Below are positions 39,231-49,381 of a stretch of DNA of 60,276 nucleotides, in pieces. How positions within the stretch are numbered: the first letter of the stretch is position 1; every line of letters starts with the position of its first letter. The translations under genes and the position numbers were made by a program. The notes below the pieces were generated by a model. It did no database searches. It was given only the letters and a program-made list of their open reading frames with translations, and was not told where the DNA came from. The stretch comes from a virus. Where the stretch lies: positions 1-60,276 of the IMG/VR virus record IMGVR_UViG_3300009709_000005; one strand, 5' to 3'.

Positions 39231-40166
39231 ATGTCCGTCAATGCCGCAAGTGGTTACCCGCAGTACAGCGGTAATCTGATTAACCCGCTGTTCTCGATGG
39301 ATCTGTTGGAGCGTTTCTACGCCACCACCATCTACAGCGACATTTCCACCACCGAATACAGCGGTGAGCTGGAGAAAGGTGGCGATCAGATCACCTTCTG
39401 GCGTGAGCCGCGCGTTCGCGTTCGGGACGCCTCAAAAGGCGAGCCCATCAAGCACGACACGATCAGCTCCGAGCCGATCACCATGACGATCGATCAGGCG
39501 AAGGAATTCTCCATCGTCATGTCGCAGATCGACGAAGTGCAGATCCAGAACTTTCCGGCGTGGAAGGAAAAGTTCCTTGAGTCCGCCGGCCGCGAACTGG
39601 CCATCGCGATCGACGGCCCGATCATGACGAAAATGTTCATGTCGGTCGATGCGGCCAACCAAGGTCCGAACGCAGGCCTGAAATCGCAGAACATCAACCT
39701 CGGCACCGTGGGCGCCCCGCTTGCGATCAACTCGGGCAACATCACGCAGGCGCTGGCCACCTTCCATCAGGTGCTGGACGAACAGAACGCCCCGACGGCC
39801 GAACGCTTTGTCACCATGCCCCCGGCCGGCATCACTGCGCTGCGCAACTCTGACCTGCGCGCCGCCTACCTGACCGGTCTGAGCTGGTCGCCGTTGACCA
39901 ACGGCAAGATCCCGGATGAAGTCATGGGCTGGACCATCATGCGGTCCAACTTGATCCCACAGGGTATCGACCCGGGTACCGACCTGCTGGCCTACCACCT
40001 CGTTGCCGGCGTCAAAATGGCAACGGCCTTCGCCGCGCAGATCGAGAAGACCCGCGTGATTGAGGACAAGGACAGCTGGGACAGCTACTATCAGGGTCTC
40101 ACGGTGTATGGTTTCCAAGTTCTGTACCCGGATGCCCTGCTCCACGCCTACGTCTCCTTCAGCTAA
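39231..40166 (+). CDS. major capsid protein (putative)
   Basis: 311-aa ORF with a strong GAGGAA RBS after the scaffold gene. The capsid gene pair is followed by a terminator hairpin. Confidence 0.55.
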   Translation: MSVNAASGYPQYSGNLINPLFSMDLLERFYATTIYSDISTTEYSGELEKGGDQITFWREPRVRVRDASKGEPIKHDTISSEPITMTIDQAKEFSIVMSQIDEVQIQNFPAWKEKFLESAGRELAIAIDGPIMTKMFMSVDAANQGPNAGLKSQNINLGTVGAPLAINSGNITQALATFHQVLDEQNAPTAERFVTMPPAGITALRNSDLRAAYLTGLSWSPLTNGKIPDEVMGWTIMRSNLIPQGIDPGTDLLAYHLVAGVKMATAFAAQIEKTRVIEDKDSWDSYYQGLTVYGFQVLYPDALLHAYVSFS

Positions 40167-40181
40167 TAGGACGCTGCCAAC

Positions 40182-41237
40182 ATGAGCACTCGCGAAATCT
40201 ATATCGGCGGCCCTGCTTCCGCGAACGTCGGTCGGGACATTTTTCCGGCTATCCCGTTCGCGCCGAGCGCGCTCGCCTTCCAGAAGCTGACCCCAGCTTC
40301 GCAAAAAGCCCCGATCGCTTACCAGCTGGGGCGCGTGCTGGATCTTCAGTACGACACTCCGCTGCAGCAGTACCTCACGGAGCAGGCTGCGGCCGGCACC
40401 CCGTTGGCGCAGGGTGATGTGCTCGGCGCCATTCTGGTACCGGCGAAGACCTTGCTGTTTGGCCTGCAGGCTGAAGTGAAGACCCCGGTCGAAGGCTTGG
40501 TGCTGACGCCTCGCCTGCGCACCAGCGGCATCACTTTCCCGGCGATCAACTGCGCTGACGCCAATACGGGTCTATATGCCGCGCCGGGCGCGACCTCGTG
40601 GGCCGGTGGTTCGGCTTCGGGCCTGTCGGGTATCAACGTTACCGCCGCAGGCAGCGGTTACAGCTCTGCCCCACAGGTGGTGTTGGCGGGTGGCGGCGGT
40701 AGCGGCGCAACGGCTCAGGCTTTCGTTTCGCAGGGTGTGACCGGCGTGTCCGGCCTCGCCGGCGGTACGGGTTACACCACGGCCCCCACGGTCACCATCA
40801 GCGGTGGAGGCGGCTCGGGCGCAACGGCAACGGCTACCGTATCCGGCGGCGCTGTCACTGGCGTGACCATCACGGCGCCCGGCTCGGGCTATACGTCGGC
40901 CCCGTCGATCGCGTTCAGCGGCCCCGGTACGGGCGCTGCAGCAACAGCAGTGGTTACCGGCGGTGTCTCGGGTATCGAGATCACCAACGAAGGCGATGGC
41001 TACACTTCGGCGCCTACGGTGACGTTTACCGGAGGTGGTGGCAGCGGTGCAGCGGCCACAGCGGTGGTACAGGCGGCCGCGGCCGCAGTGGCCAACCCGG
41101 TGGTTTACAACAACGAGCCGGACATCATCGATCTGGTGGTGACCACGCTTCCGACCTCCGGCGTCAACAACGGTCTGGGCCAGCTGAATCTGGAAGTGAT
41201 CCCCGCCGTGTTCTGGTTCGCCACGGGCCAGCGCTGA
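40182..41237 (+). CDS. head-associated protein with four ~30-aa tandem repeats (decoration/fibre candidate)
   Basis: Repeats G(S/T/D)GY(S/T)(S/T)AP.V....GGGGSGA.A.A at nt ~40630-41075. Confidence 0.45.
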   Translation: MSTREIYIGGPASANVGRDIFPAIPFAPSALAFQKLTPASQKAPIAYQLGRVLDLQYDTPLQQYLTEQAAAGTPLAQGDVLGAILVPAKTLLFGLQAEVKTPVEGLVLTPRLRTSGITFPAINCADANTGLYAAPGATSWAGGSASGLSGINVTAAGSGYSSAPQVVLAGGGGSGATAQAFVSQGVTGVSGLAGGTGYTTAPTVTISGGGGSGATATATVSGGAVTGVTITAPGSGYTSAPSIAFSGPGTGAAATAVVTGGVSGIEITNEGDGYTSAPTVTFTGGGGSGAAATAVVQAAAAAVANPVVYNNEPDIIDLVVTTLPTSGVNNGLGQLNLEVIPAVFWFATGQR

Positions 41238-41267
41238 GGCTATCTCAACGTGAAGCAGCAGTGATAC

Positions 41268-41293
41268 ATTGAGGGGCGTTCGCGCCCCTCAAT
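41268..41293 (+). terminator. terminator-like hairpin after the capsid gene pair
   Basis: attGAGGGGCG-ttcg-CGCCCCTCaat followed by catttgg (weak U-tract). Confidence 0.5.
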
Positions 41294-41308
41294 CATTTGG
41301 AGATCAAC

Positions 41309-41794
41309 ATGGCCATTGTCAAAAACGGCTACCGGTATTTGTACAACCCGACAAATGGGTCGGTATACCCCTATTCGTCAGATTTTGCCAAGAATAACTC
41401 GCTGATCGCTTTCACGGCGAAAAGCGACGGTCCGTTTGAAGTCAGCATGACACTGGCCGGTTCGAGCGATAAACCGAAGAAGGCGGCTGCGGTCAAGGCG
41501 AAAACCAAAGTGGTCGCGCCTGCGCCTGAATCGGTCGGCGAGGAAGAAACTTCGCTCACCCCCGAGCAGAAGCTGCAGCAAGCGCTGCGCGAGGAGCAGC
41601 GCCAAGAGCGCGGCAATGAAGACGGCAGCCGCGAGGAAGCCCACGAGATTTGGCTCAAGGCACAGGCCGAAGCCGCGAAGCAGGGCGACAAGTCCGAAGC
41701 GCTCAACAAACAGGCCGAAGCGGCATCTAACGCGGAAGTCAACAAGAACGTGTCACCCGTCGTCACCTTCGACCCACTCAACGAGCCCGAGTAA
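41309..41794 (+). CDS. hypothetical virion-module protein
   Basis: GGAG RBS before the ATG at 41309; charged Lys/Glu-rich C-terminal half. Confidence 0.45.
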   Translation: MAIVKNGYRYLYNPTNGSVYPYSSDFAKNNSLIAFTAKSDGPFEVSMTLAGSSDKPKKAAAVKAKTKVVAPAPESVGEEETSLTPEQKLQQALREEQRQERGNEDGSREEAHEIWLKAQAEAAKQGDKSEALNKQAEAASNAEVNKNVSPVVTFDPLNEPE

Positions 41795-42510
41795 TGCAGA
41801 CCGTCTTGCAGCTCATCACAGCCGTATCGTCGGCGCTGCAGGATCAGCGCCATCGCGCGCAGTTCACTCGATGGACGCAAGTCATGTTGGTGGACTACCT
41901 CAACGCGGCCATGAACGAGATCGCGGCGATCCGGCCCGAGGCGTTCGCATTACGGCAGAAATTCACGCTGGACCCCGGTATGGTGCAGGCCGTGCCCGAC
42001 GAAGCGTCGGCTTTCGTGCGCATCGAGAACAACGCAGATGGATCGACCTGCTACGAGGCGGATGTGGAGATCTTGAAAGCCTACGGCCAACGGCCGGCGG
42101 CTAATCGCCGTGTGCATTATGACGAAGCGGGCAACGTGGTGTTCGCTGTCAAGTCGTTCTCGATCGATCCGCTGGACCCCAAGACGTTCTACGTGGATCC
42201 ACCGGTGCCGGCGGGCGTGACTGCTGAGGTCACAGCGACGTTCGTGATGAACCCAGTCCAGTACAGCGTCAACGATATTGAAGCGCCAATCGATGTCGTG
42301 CCGACGGTCTACAATCTAGCCTACGATTTCATGCTCGGCCGCGCGTGGGAGATCGACACCGAGTCGCAGCAGGCGATGGCCAACAGCGTCAAGCACTACA
42401 AGCAGTTCTACCAGTTCTTCGGCATGGAGTATAAACAGGCCAGCGCGTTTCGCTCCAGCACCTACATGGGCTCGACGCAGGCCGGTAACGCAGCAGGGGT
42501 ATCGACGTGA
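41794..42510 (+). CDS. virion structural protein (putative head-completion/adaptor region)
   Basis: 238 aa; TAATG junction; call based on position only. Confidence 0.35.
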   Translation: MQTVLQLITAVSSALQDQRHRAQFTRWTQVMLVDYLNAAMNEIAAIRPEAFALRQKFTLDPGMVQAVPDEASAFVRIENNADGSTCYEADVEILKAYGQRPAANRRVHYDEAGNVVFAVKSFSIDPLDPKTFYVDPPVPAGVTAEVTATFVMNPVQYSVNDIEAPIDVVPTVYNLAYDFMLGRAWEIDTESQQAMANSVKHYKQFYQFFGMEYKQASAFRSSTYMGSTQAGNAAGVST

Positions 42511-43148
42511 TCGAATTCGACGACATGGGCAACGAGATCATCGAGATCGATTCGCTGCTCCCGAAATTGCTGCTGTACGGCCCGGCCATCCCGTACACGG
42601 CTGCTGTCGACATGCTGCGCACCAAGTATCAGGAATTCGCAATGCGCACGGGCTCCGTGCGCATGACGCTTGAAATAGCCATGCAGGCCGACGTGCCGGA
42701 TTACCCGATCCCGATACCTGCAGGACACGTGCTGCAGTCGGTGCGCGAGATTCGGTTTGGGCATCTGGGCGGATATTTGCGGGTAGCGGATCACTGGCGT
42801 GGGTTCCACAACTATTTTGGCCATCGGTACTCGATCGACGATCGCGACTATCTGGTCTTCCATCCGGCACCCAAGCGCGACACGTGGCACAAGGTGCACG
42901 TCCGGGTGCTGCTGGTACCGCGCGACGACTGCGACATGATGCCCGTCAAGATCCAGACGATGTATGGGCAGGCGATCGCCGCTGGCGCCGCCGGCGAAGC
43001 GATGAACGCGCGCGGCAAGCCGTGGTATGACCCGGGCAATAGCGTGCGGCTGATGCGGCTGTTCTATCAGGGTATCAACGACGCGCGCGCCAATGCAGAG
43101 CGCGACAAGATGGGGACGACGTACATGAAGACCCGGCGGTTCATATGA
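42507..43148 (+). CDS. virion structural protein (putative)
   Basis: 213 aa; GTGA junction. Confidence 0.35.
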   Translation: MIEFDDMGNEIIEIDSLLPKLLLYGPAIPYTAAVDMLRTKYQEFAMRTGSVRMTLEIAMQADVPDYPIPIPAGHVLQSVREIRFGHLGGYLRVADHWRGFHNYFGHRYSIDDRDYLVFHPAPKRDTWHKVHVRVLLVPRDDCDMMPVKIQTMYGQAIAAGAAGEAMNARGKPWYDPGNSVRLMRLFYQGINDARANAERDKMGTTYMKTRRFI

Positions 43149-44410
43149 GCAACCTGCGCATCGGTTCGGTATCCACCACCAGCCCGCGGCTGCAGGTGCA
43201 GGTCACGCCACGCTCGGACATCGTGCTGGCCGACGTCACGCTCAACATCCGCCGTTTGGGCGACCCGTCGGACTATGCAACGTATGACGTGCTGCAGGCG
43301 ATCAACAACGTTCTGATTTTCCAGTTCGACGCGCTGCTGTTCGACATGCCGTATGGGCGCTACGCCGGCACGCTGGTGTTCAACGGCACGCCCTACGCGT
43401 CATTCGAGTTCAACTTCACCGCGGACGTGTCGATTAGCCCGGCGTTGCAGGTGTCGACAACTGGGCCGTACAAGCGTCCAGACGAGTACGCAACGCCGAA
43501 CTGGAGTGGCACTGGTGTGTCAGGGCCGGGCACGTTCATCGGGCTCAAAGACGTCTCGCACAGTTACGCCGGGTGCGCTGGGTTTGTGCCTACCATCAAC
43601 GGCACGGAAACAGGCATTGAGTTTTTGCCCCCGCCAAGCTCGAGCGGCGGATCGGGGGGCGTGGTCGAAATCGTAGCAGGCACCAACGTCACCGTGGACA
43701 ACACAGATCCCACTCATCCGATTGTCAGCGCTGCGGGTGGTGGCGGTAGTTCTGGTGTTCAAAGCATTGTGGCCGGTGCCAATGTGACGGTGAATAACAC
43801 CGACCCGCACAACCCGATCATCAGCGCTTCCGGCGGTGGCGGGTCAGGTGGCGTAGTATCGGTTACAGCGGGTTCTGATATATCGGTAAACAACGCTGAT
43901 CCCACGCACCCAATCGTTTCTGTAGGCTCTACTTTTGTGCGCGGTGTAGTCGCGGGCACAAATTGCACTGTAAACAGCGCTGACCCAGCACACCCGATCA
44001 TCAACGTCACCGGCGGCGGTGGCACGTTGACCTCAGTGCAAGCGGGTGCGGGCATAACGGTCGACAACACAACGCCGACGGCGCCGAAAGTAGCCCGCGT
44101 TGGCGGGTACATAGGTACGACTTCCACGACCGCTCCGGCCTACACTATTACACGCGCAGATCTCGGTTGCCTCGTGCTTCATTCTGGCGCGAACGAATCA
44201 GGTAACGCGGCTCTAATACTACCCACGGGTGAAATCGGATTTAACAACGGCGAATGGGTCGATGTAATGCAGCTCAACGGCGCAGTTCAAATTTCATCGG
44301 ATCGAGCAGGTGGCCCCGCGGTGCAGGGATTAAACGGCACTACGACACGCGGGGTTTATGACGTGCGTCGGGCTGTCTATATTGGCAACTACAACTGGGT
44401 GGTCATCTAA
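43145..44410 (+). CDS. fibre/spike-like protein with five ~30-aa repeats
   Basis: Repeats (V/I)xAGxN(V/I/C)(T/S)V(D/N)N(T/A)DPxxPI(V/I)Sxx GGGGS at nt ~43660-44090. Confidence 0.45.
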   Translation: MSNLRIGSVSTTSPRLQVQVTPRSDIVLADVTLNIRRLGDPSDYATYDVLQAINNVLIFQFDALLFDMPYGRYAGTLVFNGTPYASFEFNFTADVSISPALQVSTTGPYKRPDEYATPNWSGTGVSGPGTFIGLKDVSHSYAGCAGFVPTINGTETGIEFLPPPSSSGGSGGVVEIVAGTNVTVDNTDPTHPIVSAAGGGGSSGVQSIVAGANVTVNNTDPHNPIISASGGGGSGGVVSVTAGSDISVNNADPTHPIVSVGSTFVRGVVAGTNCTVNSADPAHPIINVTGGGGTLTSVQAGAGITVDNTTPTAPKVARVGGYIGTTSTTAPAYTITRADLGCLVLHSGANESGNAALILPTGEIGFNNGEWVDVMQLNGAVQISSDRAGGPAVQGLNGTTTRGVYDVRRAVYIGNYNWVVI

Positions 44411-44943
44411 TGTTCAAGCAAGCCATATCGGTTGTAGGAGTGCTGCAGTCGCCGGCACCAACGTCTGCTCTGACCATGCAGGTGGACAACGCGTTCGCGT
44501 CTTATTTGCGCGCGCTGTTGGGCTCGAGCGATTGGACTTATATCAACGCGCGCGTGGGCAACGCTATTGAGACGATCAAGATTACGGCAATCGATCCTAT
44601 CTTGCCGGTCATTACGGTTGTTCGTGGTTTGGACGGCCAAACGCTTACACTAGCGCCGGGTCAGGAACTGAAGTTCGCGTTGATCGCACAAGCGGTGCAG
44701 GATATGTTGACGGCCGCGGCTTTGGCTCCCGCCATTACGATTACTGGCGCAGGCAACGTCACAGTCACTCAACCAACAGCAAATCATTTTGTTGTTTCTG
44801 CCCCACAGTACAACATCCAGTCGACAGACGGATCTCTCAACGTAGCCACGTCTAACGACGGCAACACACCACCACAGCAGATCACCAACAACATAACAGC
44901 TAATACCAGCGCCATCGGCTGCTGCGTCACTTCAAGTTACTAA
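44410..44943 (+). CDS. virion structural protein (putative)
   Basis: 177 aa; shares an N-terminal motif (LTMQVDNAFASYLRALLGSSDWTYI) with the next gene (NMQVDTTLAAILRSFLGTGDWTYL). Confidence 0.4.
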   Translation: MFKQAISVVGVLQSPAPTSALTMQVDNAFASYLRALLGSSDWTYINARVGNAIETIKITAIDPILPVITVVRGLDGQTLTLAPGQELKFALIAQAVQDMLTAAALAPAITITGAGNVTVTQPTANHFVVSAPQYNIQSTDGSLNVATSNDGNTPPQQITNNITANTSAIGCCVTSSY

Positions 44944-44958
44944 CCGGGAGCACTCCAC

Positions 44959-46347
44959 GTGGCGTACAAAAATGCTTACGGCGCCGCTGGCACGCTCACC
45001 GCGTCTTTGCCAGCTTCGGGCACGGCCCAGAACATGCAGGTGGACACCACGCTAGCTGCGATCTTGCGGTCGTTTCTTGGCACAGGTGATTGGACGTACC
45101 TGCTCATCGGAGCGGGTACCACGGCCGAAGTGGTGCAAGTCCAGTACAGCGCAACGACTAGTTTCCCCGTCCTGCGTGCGCAGGACGGTACGACCCCGCG
45201 CCTGCACGCGCCCGGTGACCCTGCGGTGTTCCAAATCACAGCGGTAGCCATCGCTGCCGCAGTGCCGCCGCAGACGCTGACCGTCAACACATCAGGGGCT
45301 ATTACAGCCACGCAGCCAACCGCGACCGAGTTAGACCTTAGCGTGCCGCCACCGAACTTTACGGGCAACGGTATCGCGGTTTCGGGTGCCTACCCCAACT
45401 ACGAATTCACGTTGACGGAAGACGACACCGGGTGCTGTGGGTCGGGTACCAGCAGCGGTGGATCGACGTTGTCGCTGTACGGCAACGGTTTGGTGGAAAT
45501 CAGCCAGTCGGGATCGACAGCGACGATCACGGTGGAAGAGCCCGCGTTCACTGGCTCCGGTTTGTCGATCACAGGCACATGGCCTAACCTCAATTTCGCG
45601 GTCAATACCAGCGGCGCAGGCACAGTTACTTCGGTGACTGGTGGATCAGGCATCACGGTTACCGGGTCACCTTCGGTCAATCCTACGGTGTCGCTTTCGG
45701 CGTCAGGCGTTACTGCGGGTACGTATGGCGGTTTGCAGGTCGACGCATTTGGCCGTCTGATTGCCATCGATCCTACGTTCAACCCGCCGGACACGATTTC
45801 TGCTGTGAATTCATGGGTGCTTGTGGCGCGCACCGGCAACGACATGACCATCGACGTGGTCGAAGCCGCGGAAGGTACGATCGGTGTGGTGGCGCTGGCC
45901 AATGCCAGTGCGCCGCTCGACAGCACAGACCACAGCACGGCAGTCAATCCGGCGTTGCTGGCCAGCGTCATTTCAGCGCTGGCTGGTACGAGTGTCGCAG
46001 GTTTTACCACCAACGCAGGCGAAGCGACCAACCTCTATACCAACATCGTTTCCGCGTCGCCGACTTCTGTTGTGCTGGCCGCCGGCGAGCAGGCGCTCGT
46101 GCGCGCGACACTGACAATGCTCAATACGGCGACGCCAGCGACGCCGGTGCAGTTTGGTATGGCCATCTTCAACACGACCGGGCCGACGATCATTCAAGGC
46201 AACCGCAGTATCACGCAGTCGCAGCAAACGATCGATGTTTTGTTGACCGGACCATTGAATATTCAAATCGCATTGGCATCGACAGCTGTGCCTTCTGGCG
46301 CTACGGTTAACAGCTCGTCGCTCACTGTCACGACGTTCCCCGGCTGA
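44959..46347 (+). CDS. fibre-like protein with TG(N/S)G(I/L)x(V/I)(S/T)G repeats
   Basis: GGGAG RBS and GTG start; N-terminus paralogous to 44410..44943. Confidence 0.45.
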   Translation: MAYKNAYGAAGTLTASLPASGTAQNMQVDTTLAAILRSFLGTGDWTYLLIGAGTTAEVVQVQYSATTSFPVLRAQDGTTPRLHAPGDPAVFQITAVAIAAAVPPQTLTVNTSGAITATQPTATELDLSVPPPNFTGNGIAVSGAYPNYEFTLTEDDTGCCGSGTSSGGSTLSLYGNGLVEISQSGSTATITVEEPAFTGSGLSITGTWPNLNFAVNTSGAGTVTSVTGGSGITVTGSPSVNPTVSLSASGVTAGTYGGLQVDAFGRLIAIDPTFNPPDTISAVNSWVLVARTGNDMTIDVVEAAEGTIGVVALANASAPLDSTDHSTAVNPALLASVISALAGTSVAGFTTNAGEATNLYTNIVSASPTSVVLAAGEQALVRATLTMLNTATPATPVQFGMAIFNTTGPTIIQGNRSITQSQQTIDVLLTGPLNIQIALASTAVPSGATVNSSSLTVTTFPG

Positions 46348-48068
46348 TGGCTGGCATCCACATCACGCGGTTTGGTGGTATGCGCCCGATAGAAGACGCG
46401 CGACAGCTGCGCGCGAGCGAAGCGCAGGTTGCCCATAACTGCCTGCTTTCCGATGGGTCGTTGCGCTCCATACCGGCGTGGGTCACGCTGGCCACGGGAG
46501 TCAACAGTGTCATGCCCGGTCATGGGAACACGTTGTACACCCCGTGCCCGGGTTTCAGCGGGCTAGATTTTCTTGGGCCGCCGTTCGGGAAGCAGCAAGT
46601 TTTTGTTGATGGTGGCGGTAATCTCAACCCGAACCTCAGCGGGGTATCGGCCAGCGGAACGCTGACAGTTACGGCCAGTGGTCTATCCAAGAAAGCGGTC
46701 AACCGGGTGTATGGCGTGACCACCGTCTACAACTATGGCGGTGTCGAGCTTGAGTCAGCGATGTTCGTTTGCGCTGGATCCAACGCGATGGGTCTGATGT
46801 ACGAAGGTGATGCTGCTCGGGTCGTTATGTCGGGCACAGGCTCCAAGGTGCGGCTGTACCGGTCTACTTCGGATGTCACCTCGGGTGCGGGCGCCAACGG
46901 GGCTGTCACGGCGAACTGGCAGCTCGTAGCCGAAATCGAAGGGTCATCGGGAACGTACGTCGACGCCGGCGCGGCTGTAGCCAATCCATTCGATGCGTAT
47001 GTATACCGCGGCAGCCTCAAGCAACCTTTCACTGCGCACCGCATGGGGTTGCTGGAATCAGGCTGGGTATGGATGGTTAGTGATGCCGGCCAAGTGGCTC
47101 TGTCCGATCGGTTTTCGTGGGTATTCTGGCCGGTAGAAAACGTCTACAGTCTCGGGGACGACGGCGCCGGGGCGATCCTCGTCACGGGAGCGTGCAGCGT
47201 AGGCGATGTTCTGTACATCGGCACGACAGAACAAATTTTTGTGGGTACGGCGCGCGCGACGGACACCGGTGGCGTGGTCATGCAGCTGCTGCCGATACCC
47301 AGCGCCGAAGGATGTCTGCCAAACACCATGGTCGCTACGCCGACTGGAGCTGTGTATACCTCGATCAGTGGTGTGGTAGCGGTCAATGGGAACGAAGCTC
47401 GGCTCCTGACTAGGGACATCGCGCGCGGTTTGATCGACGTGCTGCCCGATGGCACTGAACTGACATTCTCGATGATGCGGACGGCGTTTTACCATCACGG
47501 TGCGTATTACGCGTTTGCCGAAGCGCAGCAGCTTATCGGCGGCACGCACCCCACGTACGGTTTTCGCTTCGTCGCTGCAGATGCGCTCAGCCCAGCCAAC
47601 GATGCGGGCACGCTGGTTTCCATGGAAGCTCCGGCTAATCAGTCTAACGCCGGTTACGGAACTAGCTACGTCAACAGCATCCGCGGGGCATGCGTCGTGT
47701 TTGGCGCCAGCAGCGGTGGCGGTGAGGCCAATGTCTATACCTTGCCGTTGCCGGAAGACGCGGGCCTTGCGACTTACGTGGCCGAGGCCAAGCAACGCTA
47801 CGTCTGGCGGTCCAAGAAGTTCGTGTTCACCGGCAACGTCGAGATGGGCGCAGCCAAGGTGGTGCATGACTGTGCGGGCAATGGCGTACGGTTGCGGCTC
47901 TATGTAGACTGCTGCTGTGTCTACGAGACCGTGGTGCGCGGGTGCGTGCCGTTTACTTTGCCAGACCAGCTGCGGGGCATCACATGGGAGATCGAGCTTC
48001 AAGGCTGCTCCCGCGTGACCGAGGTGCATCTGGCGCCAACCATCAGGGAGCTTACCGATCGTGAATAG
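46347..48068 (+). CDS. large virion structural protein (putative tail/nozzle component)
   Basis: 573 aa; TGATG junction; call based on position only. Confidence 0.35.
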   Translation: MAGIHITRFGGMRPIEDARQLRASEAQVAHNCLLSDGSLRSIPAWVTLATGVNSVMPGHGNTLYTPCPGFSGLDFLGPPFGKQQVFVDGGGNLNPNLSGVSASGTLTVTASGLSKKAVNRVYGVTTVYNYGGVELESAMFVCAGSNAMGLMYEGDAARVVMSGTGSKVRLYRSTSDVTSGAGANGAVTANWQLVAEIEGSSGTYVDAGAAVANPFDAYVYRGSLKQPFTAHRMGLLESGWVWMVSDAGQVALSDRFSWVFWPVENVYSLGDDGAGAILVTGACSVGDVLYIGTTEQIFVGTARATDTGGVVMQLLPIPSAEGCLPNTMVATPTGAVYTSISGVVAVNGNEARLLTRDIARGLIDVLPDGTELTFSMMRTAFYHHGAYYAFAEAQQLIGGTHPTYGFRFVAADALSPANDAGTLVSMEAPANQSNAGYGTSYVNSIRGACVVFGASSGGGEANVYTLPLPEDAGLATYVAEAKQRYVWRSKKFVFTGNVEMGAAKVVHDCAGNGVRLRLYVDCCCVYETVVRGCVPFTLPDQLRGITWEIELQGCSRVTEVHLAPTIRELTDRE

Positions 48069-48582
48069 CATTGAAGAGCGGATCGCTGCGGCGTTCAACA
48101 CTACACAGGGTTTCGACTTGAACGTGCGCAACGCCATGGCGCGCGGACTGCAGCTGGATCAGTACAGCGATGACACGAATCCCGAGCACACGGGCTACAA
48201 AGCCGCTGCGCTGCTGGCGATCGAAGTCGCAGTATCGTTGGCCAACCTCGTCATGCAGGTGCGCCGCCCTGACAGCGGACGCAGCTTTCGCGTGTTGTTC
48301 GATCTCACCGTCGGGCTGCAGTCGAACTTGTTCTGGGCGCGCAATGCGCCGGTGATCATGCCGCTGCTGCACGCGTACATGATGGACCATCTCGACTCGG
48401 TGGATCTGCAGACCGAGCGCGGCGACGTCAAAATAAGCCCGTACGACAAACTTATCATGGGCGCCGAAGCCAGCTCGCTCGTGCTGTTTACCCAGCTGCT
48501 GTACCTCGTCGGCGGGTTCAAGACACAAGCCGAGGGATCGGTCACGTTGAAGAAAGAACTCATGCCCCTGTTGATGAGCTGA
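48061..48582 (+). CDS. virion structural protein (putative)
   Basis: 173 aa; GTG start overlapping the upstream gene's end. Confidence 0.35.
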   Translation: MNSIEERIAAAFNTTQGFDLNVRNAMARGLQLDQYSDDTNPEHTGYKAAALLAIEVAVSLANLVMQVRRPDSGRSFRVLFDLTVGLQSNLFWARNAPVIMPLLHAYMMDHLDSVDLQTERGDVKISPYDKLIMGAEASSLVLFTQLLYLVGGFKTQAEGSVTLKKELMPLLMS

Positions 48583-48586
48583 TGCC

Positions 48587-49381
48587 ATGGCCACCGCGAG
48601 CTTTGTCACTGATCTGACTGAAATCGTCACTCAAGCCGTAGAAGCGGCGGCGATGGTCGGGTCGTTGTGGTCGAGCTTTGAGGTGGTCGAGCAGGCGCGC
48701 GCGTATTACAACCTCTACAACAGCCAGCGGCAGTTTTACTTTTCCGTGTTTCAGACGGGCGCCGAGGCGCCGTTGGCCACATCGGTTTACAACACCCCGA
48801 TCCCAGTGCTGAATTACGCCGCGCAGCGTAACGAGCTGTACTTACCCACCGGCGTGTTCGGCGGCGCCATGGGCGATACGCTCGGATGGTGGACGCGCCG
48901 CGGGGCCATGTTCGGCGAAGCCCAAGGCAACCCGACGATCTATGCGGAAGAATATGCGCCAGACCGCATCCTGACGCTTGGCCACTGGACCAACATCATG
49001 TACCGGTACGAGGAGTCGCTGTTCGATACGCTCAGTGATCAGCGGTGGGATCATCGGATGAAGCTGCACAACGTCGCGCTGAAAGAACAGAGCAAAGTCA
49101 TTTCCGGTTTGGCCAGCGCTGAAAATCAACGCGAAGACACGATCACTCAGACCGGATCCTATCTGGCCGAAATGTCGAACTCGCTGGCCCAGCGCCGCGG
49201 CAATATTCAGGGCCACAAGGATGTCCAGCAGCGCTATGCTGAGCTCGGCAATTCAGCCGGTGGTACGTACGCGGGTATGTCCCGCTCCGCCCCCGCACCG
49301 CGCGCGCCAGCGCAGACTTACGGGCTCGGCAGTCAAGGGGCGTCGCAGGCGTTGCCCGGCCATTTTGAGACGGTGAATTAA
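48587..49381 (+). CDS. virion/internal protein (putative)
   Basis: 264-aa ORF in a tightly packed late operon. Confidence 0.35.
   Translation: MATASFVTDLTEIVTQAVEAAAMVGSLWSSFEVVEQARAYYNLYNSQRQFYFSVFQTGAEAPLATSVYNTPIPVLNYAAQRNELYLPTGVFGGAMGDTLGWWTRRGAMFGEAQGNPTIYAEEYAPDRILTLGHWTNIMYRYEESLFDTLSDQRWDHRMKLHNVALKEQSKVISGLASAENQREDTITQTGSYLAEMSNSLAQRRGNIQGHKDVQQRYAELGNSAGGTYAGMSRSAPAPRAPAQTYGLGSQGASQALPGHFETVN

Noticed and set aside
32061-46347. A diversity-generating retroelement acting on the repeat-containing fibre genes.
   Set aside because: No reverse transcriptase ORF and no template/variable repeat pair. The repeats are intragenic protein-domain repeats.
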